Positions 9,792-18,936 of a DNA stretch of 21,595 bases are shown here, in pieces (the stretch's first letter is position 1; each line of letters begins with the position of its first letter). The stretch spans positions 1-21,595 of the forward strand of contig CAXULY010000065.1 in assembly GCA_964252075.1 (NCBI GenBank), written 5' to 3'. The notes under the pieces were generated by a model. The model saw nothing but the letters and a program-made list of their open reading frames with translations, did no database searches and was not told the DNA's origin. The DNA is from an uncultured Deinococcaceae bacterium (lineage in GTDB: Bacteria; Deinococcota; Deinococci; Deinococcales; Deinococcaceae). The translations under genes were made by a program, and so were the position numbers.

Positions 9792-10361
9792 TCAATCACC
9801 GCTTCGCTCTTCGCGCTGCCCCTGCACCTTCAAGCCCGAGCCGTCCTCGACGCTGTAAGTCACCAGATCCCAGGCGTTGCGCAGTCCCATCGTCAGCAGC
9901 ACCATCAGGGTGACGCCTGTCAGGGTGAGGGCCAGTGAGGACGCCCCCGTCAACGTCAGGACGCCCGAAAGCAGCAGCAGCACCCCGCTCACCACTGGCG
10001 CCGCCGCGTACCACGCCCAGTCGGAAGCGTCCCACGTGTGGACGACGCCCGCGCGCACGATCTGGCGCAGCACCACCGCGGTGTAGATCAGGCCGAGCAG
10101 ACCAGCCGCCAGCAAGGGCGCGGCCAGCCAGAAGTGCGTGATGGTGGGCATCAGCATCAGCGCACCCAGCAGCAGGGTCAGCACGAGTGCCAGCAGGGCG
10201 GGGTCGCTGTGCGCCCGCAGGATGGGTATGCGCTCGCGGTCCGCGAACCGTTCGCTGAAGTTTAGGACCACGAACATCAGGCCCGCCAGGGTGGCGCCCG
10301 CCGTGCCCACCAGCAGGTAGAAGCTTTCCCATTTGCCGAGCAGCTCATGAAAGTCCTCCAT
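9792..10361 (-). CDS. Integral membrane protein of unknown function (189 aa, about 5 hydrophobic segments)
   Basis: WESFYLLVGTAGATLAGLMFVVL...GLRNAWDLV; GGAGG RBS before ATG 10361. Confidence 0.85.
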   Translation of the reverse strand: MEDFHELLGKWESFYLLVGTAGATLAGLMFVVLNFSERFADRERIPILRAHSDPALLALVLTLLLGALMLMPTITHFWLAAPLLAAGLLGLIYTAVVLRQIVRAGVVHTWDASDWAWYAAAPVVSGVLLLLSGVLTLTGASSLALTLTGVTLMVLLTMGLRNAWDLVTYSVEDGSGLKVQGQREERSGD

Positions 10362-10884
10362 CGCGCCTCCCCGCCCGCCGCCGGACCGGACGGGCATTCC
10401 GCCATTGTGGGCGCTGCTCCCCGCAAGTCAATGGCTGCGGCGCCGAAGAGGAAGGACGACGCGCCAAGGGCAACCCGTGAAGCGCTTGCATGTAGAGCTC
10501 AACCGAATCCGCGGGTCAGGGGCGTCCCCTTCGCGATCATTGACGCGCCTCGATGGTTGGTGCGGCCAAGCCAGTCCCTCTCCCTCGACCACCGCGAACG
10601 GACGTGGGTCAATGGCACCAGCATCCGCGAGGGTGCATTCAGGCGCAACTCCCGCTCCCGCGCACAGGGTCAGAAGTTGGGGTGGTGAGACTTCTGGCAG
10701 CCTGAACGGCCCGCATGCACCGCTTGAGCGCAGCTCGGCGCCCCCTTCCTGATCGTTCATGGGTTTTCACCGCGCGCCCCGGAGGCGTGAACGGGTGCAT
10801 ATCCGCCCATGACAAGCAGCGAACGGACCAGTCAGACGAGATGCTTTGCACGCTGCGGAGCTTTAAGGAAACGCTGTCCGGGCG

Positions 10885-11619
10885 TCAGCGGTCCAGCGGG
10901 CGCGTGCGGGTTTCCGCGCCTTCCGGCCCACGACCGATGCGGGACTGTTCGGTGGGTGTGAGATTCAGGACTTCCAGCGGGCCATTGTGGTCCGCTTCGG
11001 GTGCCTGTTGCCACCAGCGCGCGAGGTGCGCCTCCACCACCGCTTCCGTGCCCTGCTCGGTGACCGCGAACCAGACGAGGTACCGGTGGTCCGTGCGCAC
11101 GGGCAGCTGAGGAAAGGTGTTCTCCTCGGGCGCGGTGACGTAGCACCCCACCGTCCGCGCCCCGAGCGTGGCGAGGCTAGCCTGCTCCTGATCGAAGCGC
11201 ACCGCGCTGGCGGCCGCGGCGTGCGCCTGCACGGGCAGGGTCGCGACCGTGAACCGCTGCGTCCCGGACACGGCCACGCCACCGGCGAGTGACGCGTTCG
11301 GAGTGGCCGGTTGCAGCAGGAGCACGTTGTCCGAGTCGATCATCGTGGCGTTCGCGGCGTCACGGTGGGCGCGCCAGACGGGACCGAAGTAGAAGGCTTC
11401 GAGCGCCTCCTTGCGCGCCGTCATGTCCGGGAAACCCCTCAGCCACACGAACCAGTCGGGGTGCGCATCGTCGCGGAACTGCCCGAGCACCTGAATGCCG
11501 ACCGCTTCCTGCCCCGCGAGGAATTCCCGCTCGAATAGGTCGATCAGGACGTCTCGTTGACTGGCGTGGAGGGTGTACTGGCGCAATTCGAGGATGTGTC
11601 CCAGTTGCGTGATATTCAC
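10885..11619 (-). CDS. NIPSNAP family protein (two-domain, 244 aa)
   Basis: LELRQYTL...FVWLRGFPDM..R..AL.AFY.GPVW..HRDAANATMIDSDNVLLL; GTG start after GGTGA, start approximate. Confidence 0.85.
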   Translation of the reverse strand: MNITQLGHILELRQYTLHASQRDVLIDLFEREFLAGQEAVGIQVLGQFRDDAHPDWFVWLRGFPDMTARKEALEAFYFGPVWRAHRDAANATMIDSDNVLLLQPATPNASLAGGVAVSGTQRFTVATLPVQAHAAAASAVRFDQEQASLATLGARTVGCYVTAPEENTFPQLPVRTDHRYLVWFAVTEQGTEAVVEAHLARWWQQAPEADHNGPLEVLNLTPTEQSRIGRGPEGAETRTRPLDR

Positions 11620-11880
11620 GTGTTCACCGTGCCTTTCTGATGGCTTTAAAGGCCGGAGCATGACCGCGTGTCGAGGGATGGGCATACAGCTCAGGGTGGG
11701 CACGCCAGCACGCAGACCTTACCCGGACCGCCGGGCCACAGCCGGCTTCACTGATCTGCGGTTCACGCGCAGCGGCGTAGTGCAGCGGAGAGGTCGCAGC
11801 TGGGCCTCGCAGGTGTAAGCGGGAGCTGAAGGTCTGCCTGCCGCTGCACCGCGTGCCAGCTGTTCTGCCCCGCAACGGGA

Positions 11881-13122
11881 TCATTGAACGGAGAAGCGTT
11901 TGACGTACACCCGCGCGTCGTCGCTGGAGCCCTCGCGCCACACCACGAACGCCTCACCCTGCTGGTTCACCGTCACGCCCGGCCAGGCCGCCGGGCGGCG
12001 CGCGATCACATTGAGCGGGCCGCCACCCAGGAGCGCCCACTCCGCGCCGGTCCAGCGTTTGGCGTACAGCAGGCCCTCGCCTTCCGCCCACACCACCAGC
12101 GGCCGGCCTTGGGCGTCGAGGGCCAGCGCGGGGCGGTCCGCCATCGCGCGCGACTGGATGTTCAGCGCGCCGCCCAGCGGCACCCAGCGCGCGCCGTCCC
12201 AGCGTTTCACGAAGAGGGTGTCGATGCCGCCCTGGTCCTCCAGCCACGCCACCACCGGTCGGCCGCGCGCGTCCACCTCGATGCGCGGCGCGAAGGTGTA
12301 GGTGTTCGGGCGGACGTTCAACGGCCCGCCCAGCCGCGACCACGCTCCTCCCGGTCGTTTCGCGGCGACGCGCACGTCGTAGCGCCCCAGGCGGCCCTCC
12401 AGCCACACGCCGATCTGCGTGCCGTCCGGGGTGACGCTCGTGGCGGGGTAGTACGCGGAGTTCTGCAAGGTGGTGTTCAGCGGCTGCTCACCCTGATCCC
12501 AGTGGTCGCCTTTCCACGTGAAGGGCTGCACCACGTCGGCGGCGGCGCCAGGGTAGTAGACGTTCGTCCACAGCAGGACGGGCACGTTGTCCGCGCCCAC
12601 CGCGAAACCGCTGGATTTTCCGGCGTCACTGAGGTTGCGGCGCAGGGCGTAACGGGCGGGGCTGCTCCAGCGCTCGCCATCCCAGCCGCTGATGACGGTG
12701 GAGTCCACGTGCGCGAGGCCCGCGTCTTCGGCCCAGCTGAACCACGGCTGGCCGTCCGGGCCGCGCCCGGCGTACAGGCGGAAGGCGTTGTGGCGGGCGT
12801 CGTCGTTCATGACGCCGCCGAGCGCCTGCCACGCCCGGCCGGTCCAGCGGGCGGCGCGCAGGTGATCCACCGCCGCGTCACCCGTCCCGTCGCGCTCGAC
12901 CCACGCGATCACGGGGTGACCCTGAGGGTCGGTGGTCGCGGCGGTGAACTGCCCGGGGGCGTCCGCGGCGTTCAGCGGCCCGCCCAGCAGCGCCCCGCGG
13001 TCCGGTCCGCCGGCACCACCGGCCAGCGCGGCGCCGAGCGCCAGCAGGCCAGCCAGTGGGATGAGTCGCCGCGGCGGGCGAGCGCGCGGCACGTTGGGCA
13101 CACCGGGAGGGTTGGGCGGCAT
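11881..13122 (-). CDS. Secreted seven-repeat beta-propeller protein (413 aa)
   Basis: Signal-like RRLIPLAGLLALGAALA, then seven ~50-aa repeats of form LGGxLN...GxPxVxWxE...KRWxGxxW; start approximate. Confidence 0.85.
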   Translation of the reverse strand: MPPNPPGVPNVPRARPPRRLIPLAGLLALGAALAGGAGGPDRGALLGGPLNAADAPGQFTAATTDPQGHPVIAWVERDGTGDAAVDHLRAARWTGRAWQALGGVMNDDARHNAFRLYAGRGPDGQPWFSWAEDAGLAHVDSTVISGWDGERWSSPARYALRRNLSDAGKSSGFAVGADNVPVLLWTNVYYPGAAADVVQPFTWKGDHWDQGEQPLNTTLQNSAYYPATSVTPDGTQIGVWLEGRLGRYDVRVAAKRPGGAWSRLGGPLNVRPNTYTFAPRIEVDARGRPVVAWLEDQGGIDTLFVKRWDGARWVPLGGALNIQSRAMADRPALALDAQGRPLVVWAEGEGLLYAKRWTGAEWALLGGGPLNVIARRPAAWPGVTVNQQGEAFVVWREGSSDDARVYVKRFSVQ

Positions 13123-13188
13123 GCCTCCATTTTCAGCGGCCCGCGGGCGTTTGCCTAGCACGCTGCGCCGATGGGTGTGCCGCGCGCC

Positions 13189-13203
13189 ATCGGCAGGACC
13201 GAT
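13189..13203. promoter_or_regulatory. LysR-type T-N11-A binding site ATCGG-N5-CCGAT
   Basis: Palindrome in the divergent intergenic region, abutting the lysR -10 TAGCAT (13203-13208). Confidence 0.6.
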
Positions 13204-13213
13204 AGCATGGGTC

Positions 13214-14170
13214 ATGCACCCCATTCACCGTCCGCTGGTCAGCGCCGCGCAGCTCACCGCCCTCATCGCGGTCGCGGACTGCGGCAGCGTGAGTCGGGCG
13301 GCGCGGGACCTGCACCTCGCGCAGTCCACGGTCAGTGGCCTGATCGCGTCCCTGGAAGCCCATCTGGGCGCCTCGCTGCTCATCCGCGGCCCGCGCGGCA
13401 CGCGCCTCACGCCGCTCGGCGAGCGCATCTGCACGCACGCCCGGCATGCCGTGGGCGCCCTGGACGCCATTCAGCAGGAGGTGCGTGCTCCATCCGGACC
13501 GCTGCGTGGGACAGTGCAGGTCACCGCGTGCCGCAGCGCCGCCCGTCACGTGGTGCTGCCCAGCCTGACCCTGCTGAGGCGCCAGCACCCGGGCATCGAG
13601 GTGACCCTCAGTGACACGGCCGGCGAGCACGACGAGGTGCAGGCCGCCGTCGAGGCGGGCACGGCCGACGTGGGCATCGGGCGGCTCCCCATGCACGGCC
13701 TCACCAGCGGTCATCTGCTCGCCGACGAGTTCCTCGTGGTGCGGCCCGCGGAGACACCAGCGCCAACCAGCTGGGCGGAGCTGCTGGCGGTGCCGCTGCT
13801 GCTGGCGGACCAGGATTGCGCGCCATTCATTCAGGCGCACGCGGCGCGGTGCGGGGTGCGGTTGCCGGTGACGCGCGCGCTGCGCGACCCGCAGGTGATT
13901 CTCGCGATGGTGCGCGCCGGGGCGGGCCTCACCATCCTGTCCGGCCTCGTGCTGCACCCGCTGCCGCCCGACCTCGCGGTCAGCCCGCTGCCCGTCCCGC
14001 TGTGGCGCGATCTGGGCTGGGCGGTGCACCCGCAGCGGCTGACCTCACCACTGATCACCGCGTACCTGGATCTGCTCAGCGACGCGGCTTCGCTCAGGCA
14101 GGTCACCATGCCGGTCCAACACCTTGTGCGCCATGAGAAGCCGAGGGCGTGTTTGCAAACGACGTTGTAG
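13214..14170 (+). CDS. LysR family transcriptional regulator (318 aa)
   Basis: QLTALIAVADCGSVSRAARDLHLAQSTVS...LEAHLG..LLIR.PRGTRLTPLG HTH plus substrate-binding domain; ATG 5 nt after TAGCAT. Confidence 0.92.
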   Translation: MHPIHRPLVSAAQLTALIAVADCGSVSRAARDLHLAQSTVSGLIASLEAHLGASLLIRGPRGTRLTPLGERICTHARHAVGALDAIQQEVRAPSGPLRGTVQVTACRSAARHVVLPSLTLLRRQHPGIEVTLSDTAGEHDEVQAAVEAGTADVGIGRLPMHGLTSGHLLADEFLVVRPAETPAPTSWAELLAVPLLLADQDCAPFIQAHAARCGVRLPVTRALRDPQVILAMVRAGAGLTILSGLVLHPLPPDLAVSPLPVPLWRDLGWAVHPQRLTSPLITAYLDLLSDAASLRQVTMPVQHLVRHEKPRACLQTTL

Positions 14171-14333
14171 TAAGGATTTAGGTGGATGGTAGAGCGGGGT
14201 GAATGTTAGGTATCCAGGAAAGGGATCCCTACCGCACCGCGAGGTCATCGGGTAGGGACTCGAATCCAGTCCACCTCAAGAACCTGTCCACGGTGATCAC
14301 GTTCGTTTCATTCCATGGGTCTGCACACACGGC
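14146..14333. mobile_element. Putative degenerate MITE / IS5-derived non-autonomous element (188 bp)
   Basis: GGCGTGTTTGCAAAC (14146-14160) and GTCTGCACACACGGC (14319-14333) are 12/15 inverted repeats; flanks are CGAG and CCAG; interior is lower GC. Confidence 0.45.
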
Positions 14334-14374
14334 CCAGGCGCACCAATCTGGACCGTCCGCCCAGTGACCGGTGC

Positions 14375-14854
14375 TCATGTGACCTGTTGGGGCAGCCACG
14401 TGCCGAGCAGTTGCCGCAGCGTGACGATCTGGCCGAGATGATACGCGTTGTGCTGCGCGACGTTCACCGCCAGCTTGTAGCCTGCCGTCCACCCGGGTTC
14501 GGAGTCCGTGGCAGCGAACACCACGCGGCTCAGGACGTCCGGGTCGCGCGCGAGCACCTGAAGTTGGGCCAGAACCTCCAGACACGACCGCCGCACCTCG
14601 GGCCACTCGGCCGCCTGCACGCGCGGCCAGTCTTCCCGCTCGGCGGGCGGACGGCCCTCAATGAGGTCCAGGTTGAACCGCATGTTGGCGTGCAGGTGCG
14701 CGGCGATCTCGGCGATGCTGTGCGGCAGACCCGCGACGCGCTGCACGGCGAGGTGCTGGGGGAGGCCACTGAGGATCCGCTCGGGTGAGGCGAAATCCGT
14801 GGGCTCCAGCAGGTGCGCGAGGGTGTCTGGTGGCGGTCCGTGCAGCAGGGACAT
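14375..14854 (-). CDS. DinB family protein (159 aa)
   Basis: PHSIAEIAAHL...QHNAYHLGQIVTLRQLLG His triad; CATACT 5 nt before ATG 14854. Confidence 0.9.
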   Translation of the reverse strand: MSLLHGPPPDTLAHLLEPTDFASPERILSGLPQHLAVQRVAGLPHSIAEIAAHLHANMRFNLDLIEGRPPAEREDWPRVQAAEWPEVRRSCLEVLAQLQVLARDPDVLSRVVFAATDSEPGWTAGYKLAVNVAQHNAYHLGQIVTLRQLLGTWLPQQVT

Positions 14855-15295
14855 GCCTGAGTATGACCGCGGGCAGCGGGGGTGAGCCCGGTGGAGTGAT
14901 GCGGGCGGGCAGCTCTGCTGTGGCCCGCACAGCGGCCCAACCACATCGCTGTTTTGCCACATGCTGAAGACAGATAATGGCTGGGTACGGAGGACTTGCT
15001 CGATGCCGGACCGCTCGCAGGAGACGCGGTTCACGACACAAAGCTTGATTTGGCAGTACGCACGCGTGCGCGTGGTCGCTGCGAAGACTTGCCGTCCGTA
15101 ACCAGTCGGCCCACCGTACATGACGTGCTGTACACAGCGGCACGCTCCGCTCCTTGGGCACGTCCTCTCCCCTTTCCATGCACTCGGAACGGCGTTCCAC
15201 CCTGGGCGCCGCGAGTTGCCCCTGTTGCCCGCGTCGCGACCTTCCGTGACTTGCGGCCCCTCGCGCGCCGCGCGCCCTCACTAGAATCGGCCCTT

Positions 15296-16471
15296 GTGCG
15301 TCTCCCCATCCTCTCCCTCGCCACGGGTGCCTTCGGTATCGGCATGACGGAATTCGTCGCCATGGGCCTCCTACCGGACATCGCGGCAGCCTTCCGCATC
15401 AGCATCCCGGCGGCCGGCCACCTGATCTCCGCGTACGCGCTCGGGGTGGTGCTCGGCGCGCCCCTCCTCACGGTCCTCGCGCGCAAACTGCAGCCGAGGG
15501 TCACGCTGGCCGCGCTGATGGCGCTGTTCGCGCTGGGGAACCTGCTGTCCGCCCTCGCGCCGAACGAGCAGGTGCTGCTCATCACGCGCGTGCTGTCGGG
15601 CCTCCCGCACGGCGCGTTCTTCGGGGTGGGCGCGGTCGTCGCGGGCCGCCTCGCGCCGCGCGGGCGGGAAGCGCAGGTGATGGCGCTGATGTTCCTGGGG
15701 CTGTCCTGCGCGAACGTCGTGGGCGTGCCGCTCGGCACCTTCCTCGGCCAGACGTTCAGCTGGCGCGTCACGTTCGCGGTGGTGAGCGCCATCGGCGCGG
15801 TCGCGGCGCTCAGCACATGGCGCTGGATTCCGCCGCTGCCTGAAGGGCGCCAGGATGGACTGCGCGTTCAGCTGCGGGCCTTCGGGCGGCCTGAGGTCTG
15901 GCTGGTCCTGGCCGTCACGATGGTGGGGTTCGGCGCGATGTTCGCCGTCTTCACGTACATCGTGCCGATGATGACGCGCGTCGCGGGGTTCAGTGCCGCC
16001 GCCGCCACCCCGATCCTGATGGTGGCGGGCCTCGGCATGGTCGCCGGGAACCTGCTTGGCGGGCGCCTCGCGGACCGCGCGCCGCTGCGCGCCATGCGGG
16101 TGCTGCTGCTGGCGCTCGCGGGGGTGCTGGCGGTCCTGCACTTCACCGCGCCCTATCCAGCCCTCGCGGTCATCACGGTGTTCGTGTTCACGACGGTGGC
16201 GCTCGCGCTGGGGTCGCCCCTTCAGCTCCTCAGTATCCGCGCGGCGCGCGGCGCCGAGACGCTCGCGTCCGCCACGAACCAGAGCGCCTTCAACGTCGCG
16301 AACGCCCTGGGGGCGTACCTGGGCGGCCTGCCCATCGCCGCCGGGTTCGGGTACGCCACACCCGCGCTCGTGGGCGTCGCGCTGGCCCTCGCCGGTCTCG
16401 TCATCGCCCTCGGCCTGAAGCCAGGTGGTGCGGCATCAGACAAGCGGGTGCACCTCAACGAGAAAGGGTAG
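15296..16471 (+). CDS. MFS transporter, DHA1/AraJ-YdhP-like exporter (391 aa)
   Basis: LATGAFGIGMTEFVAMGLLP, LISAYALG, GLPHGAFFG, ANVVGVPLGT, NQSAFNVANALGA; TAGAAT 8 nt before GTG. Confidence 0.93.
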   Translation: MRLPILSLATGAFGIGMTEFVAMGLLPDIAAAFRISIPAAGHLISAYALGVVLGAPLLTVLARKLQPRVTLAALMALFALGNLLSALAPNEQVLLITRVLSGLPHGAFFGVGAVVAGRLAPRGREAQVMALMFLGLSCANVVGVPLGTFLGQTFSWRVTFAVVSAIGAVAALSTWRWIPPLPEGRQDGLRVQLRAFGRPEVWLVLAVTMVGFGAMFAVFTYIVPMMTRVAGFSAAAATPILMVAGLGMVAGNLLGGRLADRAPLRAMRVLLLALAGVLAVLHFTAPYPALAVITVFVFTTVALALGSPLQLLSIRAARGAETLASATNQSAFNVANALGAYLGGLPIAAGFGYATPALVGVALALAGLVIALGLKPGGAASDKRVHLNEKG

Positions 16472-16862
16472 CGCCAAGGGTGGTCCGCCTGGAGACCTCC
16501 GGGACATTCTCAGCATCCACGTGGGCGTTCAGCGCCGGGGCTTCACGAACTGCCTGGAGGACCGCTCGCCCGGCGGCCCGGGCAACGCGATGGGGCAAGC
16601 ATGCCCGTGAGGCGCTCACCCTCCGCGATGAGCCGCAACGGGTGATGGATGCCAGCGCCCGCCGTGGTCTTATTCATTCCCTGGCCGCTTCAAGAAATGG
16701 GTGAAGCACCGACGAAGGCACGCCGACCGGGAGTGCCGGACCGCAACCTAGATGGTGACTACCCGGTCTTCATTTGCGGGCACCGGAACTCGGAAGCAAT
16801 GAGCAAAAGGGGGAGTCTATGCGGAGCGGCTCGACATATCAGGGTCTTCTCGCGCTTCGTGG

Positions 16863-17147
16863 TCAGACCTCGCCCATGCTCCAGTGGTACAGGTCGGTGG
16901 CCACGGAGAAGACCTGGCCGCTCGCGCCGACGCCCTTCAGGATCGCCAGGACCGAGCGGGTCACCCCTTCGGACGCCAGCTGGCGGCTGTCGGCGTCCAC
17001 GCGCGTCATGAACACTCCGGGAGGCAGTTCATGGCCCTCCACGCTGCGCCCGATGTTCCGGCGCGTCAGGGCCTGCAGGATGTCCGTTTGCTGCTGCTCG
17101 GATGCGGTGCGCAGGGCGCAATACACGGTGACGGAGAATTTCGGCAC
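16863..17147 (-). CDS. Small protein (94 aa), possibly GhoS/DUF2622-like (Cas2-like ferredoxin fold)
   Basis: MPKFSVTV...helix...RSVEGHELPPGVF...helix...VFSVAT...W pattern; GTG 6 nt after CATAGT; family call by eye only. Confidence 0.6.
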   Translation of the reverse strand: MPKFSVTVYCALRTASEQQQTDILQALTRRNIGRSVEGHELPPGVFMTRVDADSRQLASEGVTRSVLAILKGVGASGQVFSVATDLYHWSMGEV

Positions 17148-17288
17148 GAACACACTATGGCATCCGTTTTGGAGCGACCCACAGCCAGAAACCGTAGCGG
17201 CGCGCATCAGAAGCATCCTGAAAACCGAAGCGTCCCTCGATTCAGGGACGAACCTTGGACGGTGGGGCAAAGCCGCAGGCACAACCTG

Positions 17289-17344
17289 AGGTTCACGAAA
17301 GCTGGGCTCGCGGTGCCGCTGAGAAGCCCACCTTCCGTGAACCT
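17289..17344 (-). terminator. Long imperfect hairpin immediately downstream of the dinB-like gene
   Basis: AGGTTCACG (17289-17297) / CGTGAACCT (17336-17344) outer stem with TGGGCT/AGCCCA inner stem. Confidence 0.5.
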
Positions 17345-17347
17345 GGG

Positions 17348-17842
17348 TCAGCTTGATGCGCGGGAGTCCGCGCTCGGACCGTAAGCGGGCGGCACCGGCA
17401 CGTCGAGCAGCCTCAGATCCACGCCCAGTTGCGCGCGGTGGTGCGTGAGGTGACTCAGCAGCCAGCGAAGCACCTGCGCGCGCGGCTTGTCCACCGCCAC
17501 GAACGGCCCCGCGTGCAGCGTCCAGCGCGCCGCGAGTTCCTCGTCGGTCGCCGCGTCAATCGCGGCGCGCAGGGCCGCGACGCGCTGATCGTACCGCGCG
17601 AGCAGCGCCTCCCCGTCCGTGGCGGGCTCGGAGGGTGGCAGCGTGGACGCGTCCAGCGATTCGACGCGCAACACCATCAACCCCAATCCAGGCAGGTCCA
17701 CGATGTGGTTCGCCAGGCGGCCCAGGTTGAGGCTGCGCTCGTGCGGCTTGAAGTCCGCGCGGTCCATGGGGACGCGTTCCAGGAACCGCCGGGTGGTGAG
17801 CATCTCGTCGTCGAAGTCGGGCAGGAGGGTGTCGATGGGCAT
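17348..17842 (-). CDS. DinB family (damage-inducible-like) protein (164 aa)
   Basis: TTRRFLERVP...FKPHERS..LG.LANH...LSHLTHHRAQLGV.LRLLDVPVP..YGPSAD; GAGG RBS. Confidence 0.92.
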   Translation of the reverse strand: MPIDTLLPDFDDEMLTTRRFLERVPMDRADFKPHERSLNLGRLANHIVDLPGLGLMVLRVESLDASTLPPSEPATDGEALLARYDQRVAALRAAIDAATDEELAARWTLHAGPFVAVDKPRAQVLRWLLSHLTHHRAQLGVDLRLLDVPVPPAYGPSADSRASS

Positions 17843-18208
17843 CTCGCCTCACTTTCCGCCGCCACTGTACGCCTTCGCGCCCCCCAGCGCGACTCAGGCA
17901 GAGCGCCAACCGCCATGCAGGCGCACAGAAGGGGGCGATGTGTGTGGCACTGGTGGGGTTGTACTTCCACGGGAATGATGCCGCACGGACCTCAAAGGGA
18001 GGTTGACACACCGACCACCTCTGCAGCCAGGGTGCCTGAGAACTGGCGCGGTGGGTAGTTACGCTGGGAAACCGATAGCATCACCCAGGTTCCGAGGCAA
18101 GGAGCTGACCACCCGAAGCTAGGTGCCGCGTCAGAAGTCAACAGTACGCCAGTGCGGCCCTGCGGCGTTCGCCGCCTCCAGCGAACGCTGCGACCCGGCC
18201 CCTTTGCG

Positions 18209-18610
18209 TCACCGGGTGTTCAGTGTCATTTCGAACGTGCCGCTCTGTCCGCCCGAGGAGGTGTATGTGCCGCTGTATCCCAGGTCTCCGAACGCTCGAA
18301 ATCGATCGTGGTGCCGAACAGGAACTGCAGAGTGGCCCAACCCGGGACAGTGTTGCCCATCAGTGGGAAGTGCCCGTTGCCCGTCTTGCCGTCGCTGGCG
18401 TACCCACTGCAGTCACCGTTCTGTCCGTCCGTGAGGTTCAGCGTGATGACCTGTTCGGCGGAATGGTCGTGCGGGTACAGGTCACCCGTCCGCGTGCCCG
18501 TGACCTGACGGAACGCTGGGGGCAGGAACCGGGTTGGGCGTGGGGGACGCAGCCGGAGCGCCGCACGCCGCGAGCATCAGCACGCCGGCCAGGAGAATGA
18601 GGCGCTTCAC
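18209..18610 (-). pseudogene. Frameshifted lipoprotein gene (MKRLILLAGVLMLAAC..., small beta-barrel-like domain)
   Basis: GTG 18610 overlaps the upstream stop; lipobox LAAC; coding-like frame shifts near 18508 (QVTGTRTG...) and back near 18297 (AFGDLGYSGTYTSSGGQSGTFEMTLNTR*); as written it stops at 18482. Confidence 0.7.
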
Positions 18611-18936
18611 TTCCCTGCCGGCTGTGTGGCGCAGCGCTTGGCGGTGTACGCCTGGTTCATCTGGGCGATGCGCTGGTCGGCCGCCTGTATCACCTGGCTG
18701 TTGCTGAGCTCATTGCCGACGATGCCTGGCCAGAAGAGGAGCGCCCACGCGACGTTCTGAGCGCTCACGCCTTTGTTGCTCTGCGCCTGCGCGCGGGCCT
18801 CCTGGGCGCGGGCGATTTCCCCTCTGATCTCCCCGCAGCTGAGTTCAGCGTCGGGTTTGCTGGCGCTCGGGGTGTACCGCGGCGCGCACGCGGCGAGGGC
18901 AACAGCGACAGCGGACAGCATCAGGGCTTTCTTCAC
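18607..18936 (-). CDS. Lipoprotein of unknown function (109 aa)
   Basis: GGAGGA RBS; MKKALMLSAVAVALAAC lipobox; LSC...KRC cysteine pair flanking hydrophobic NVAWALLFWPG. Confidence 0.88.
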   Translation of the reverse strand: MKKALMLSAVAVALAACAPRYTPSASKPDAELSCGEIRGEIARAQEARAQAQSNKGVSAQNVAWALLFWPGIVGNELSNSQVIQAADQRIAQMNQAYTAKRCATQPAGK

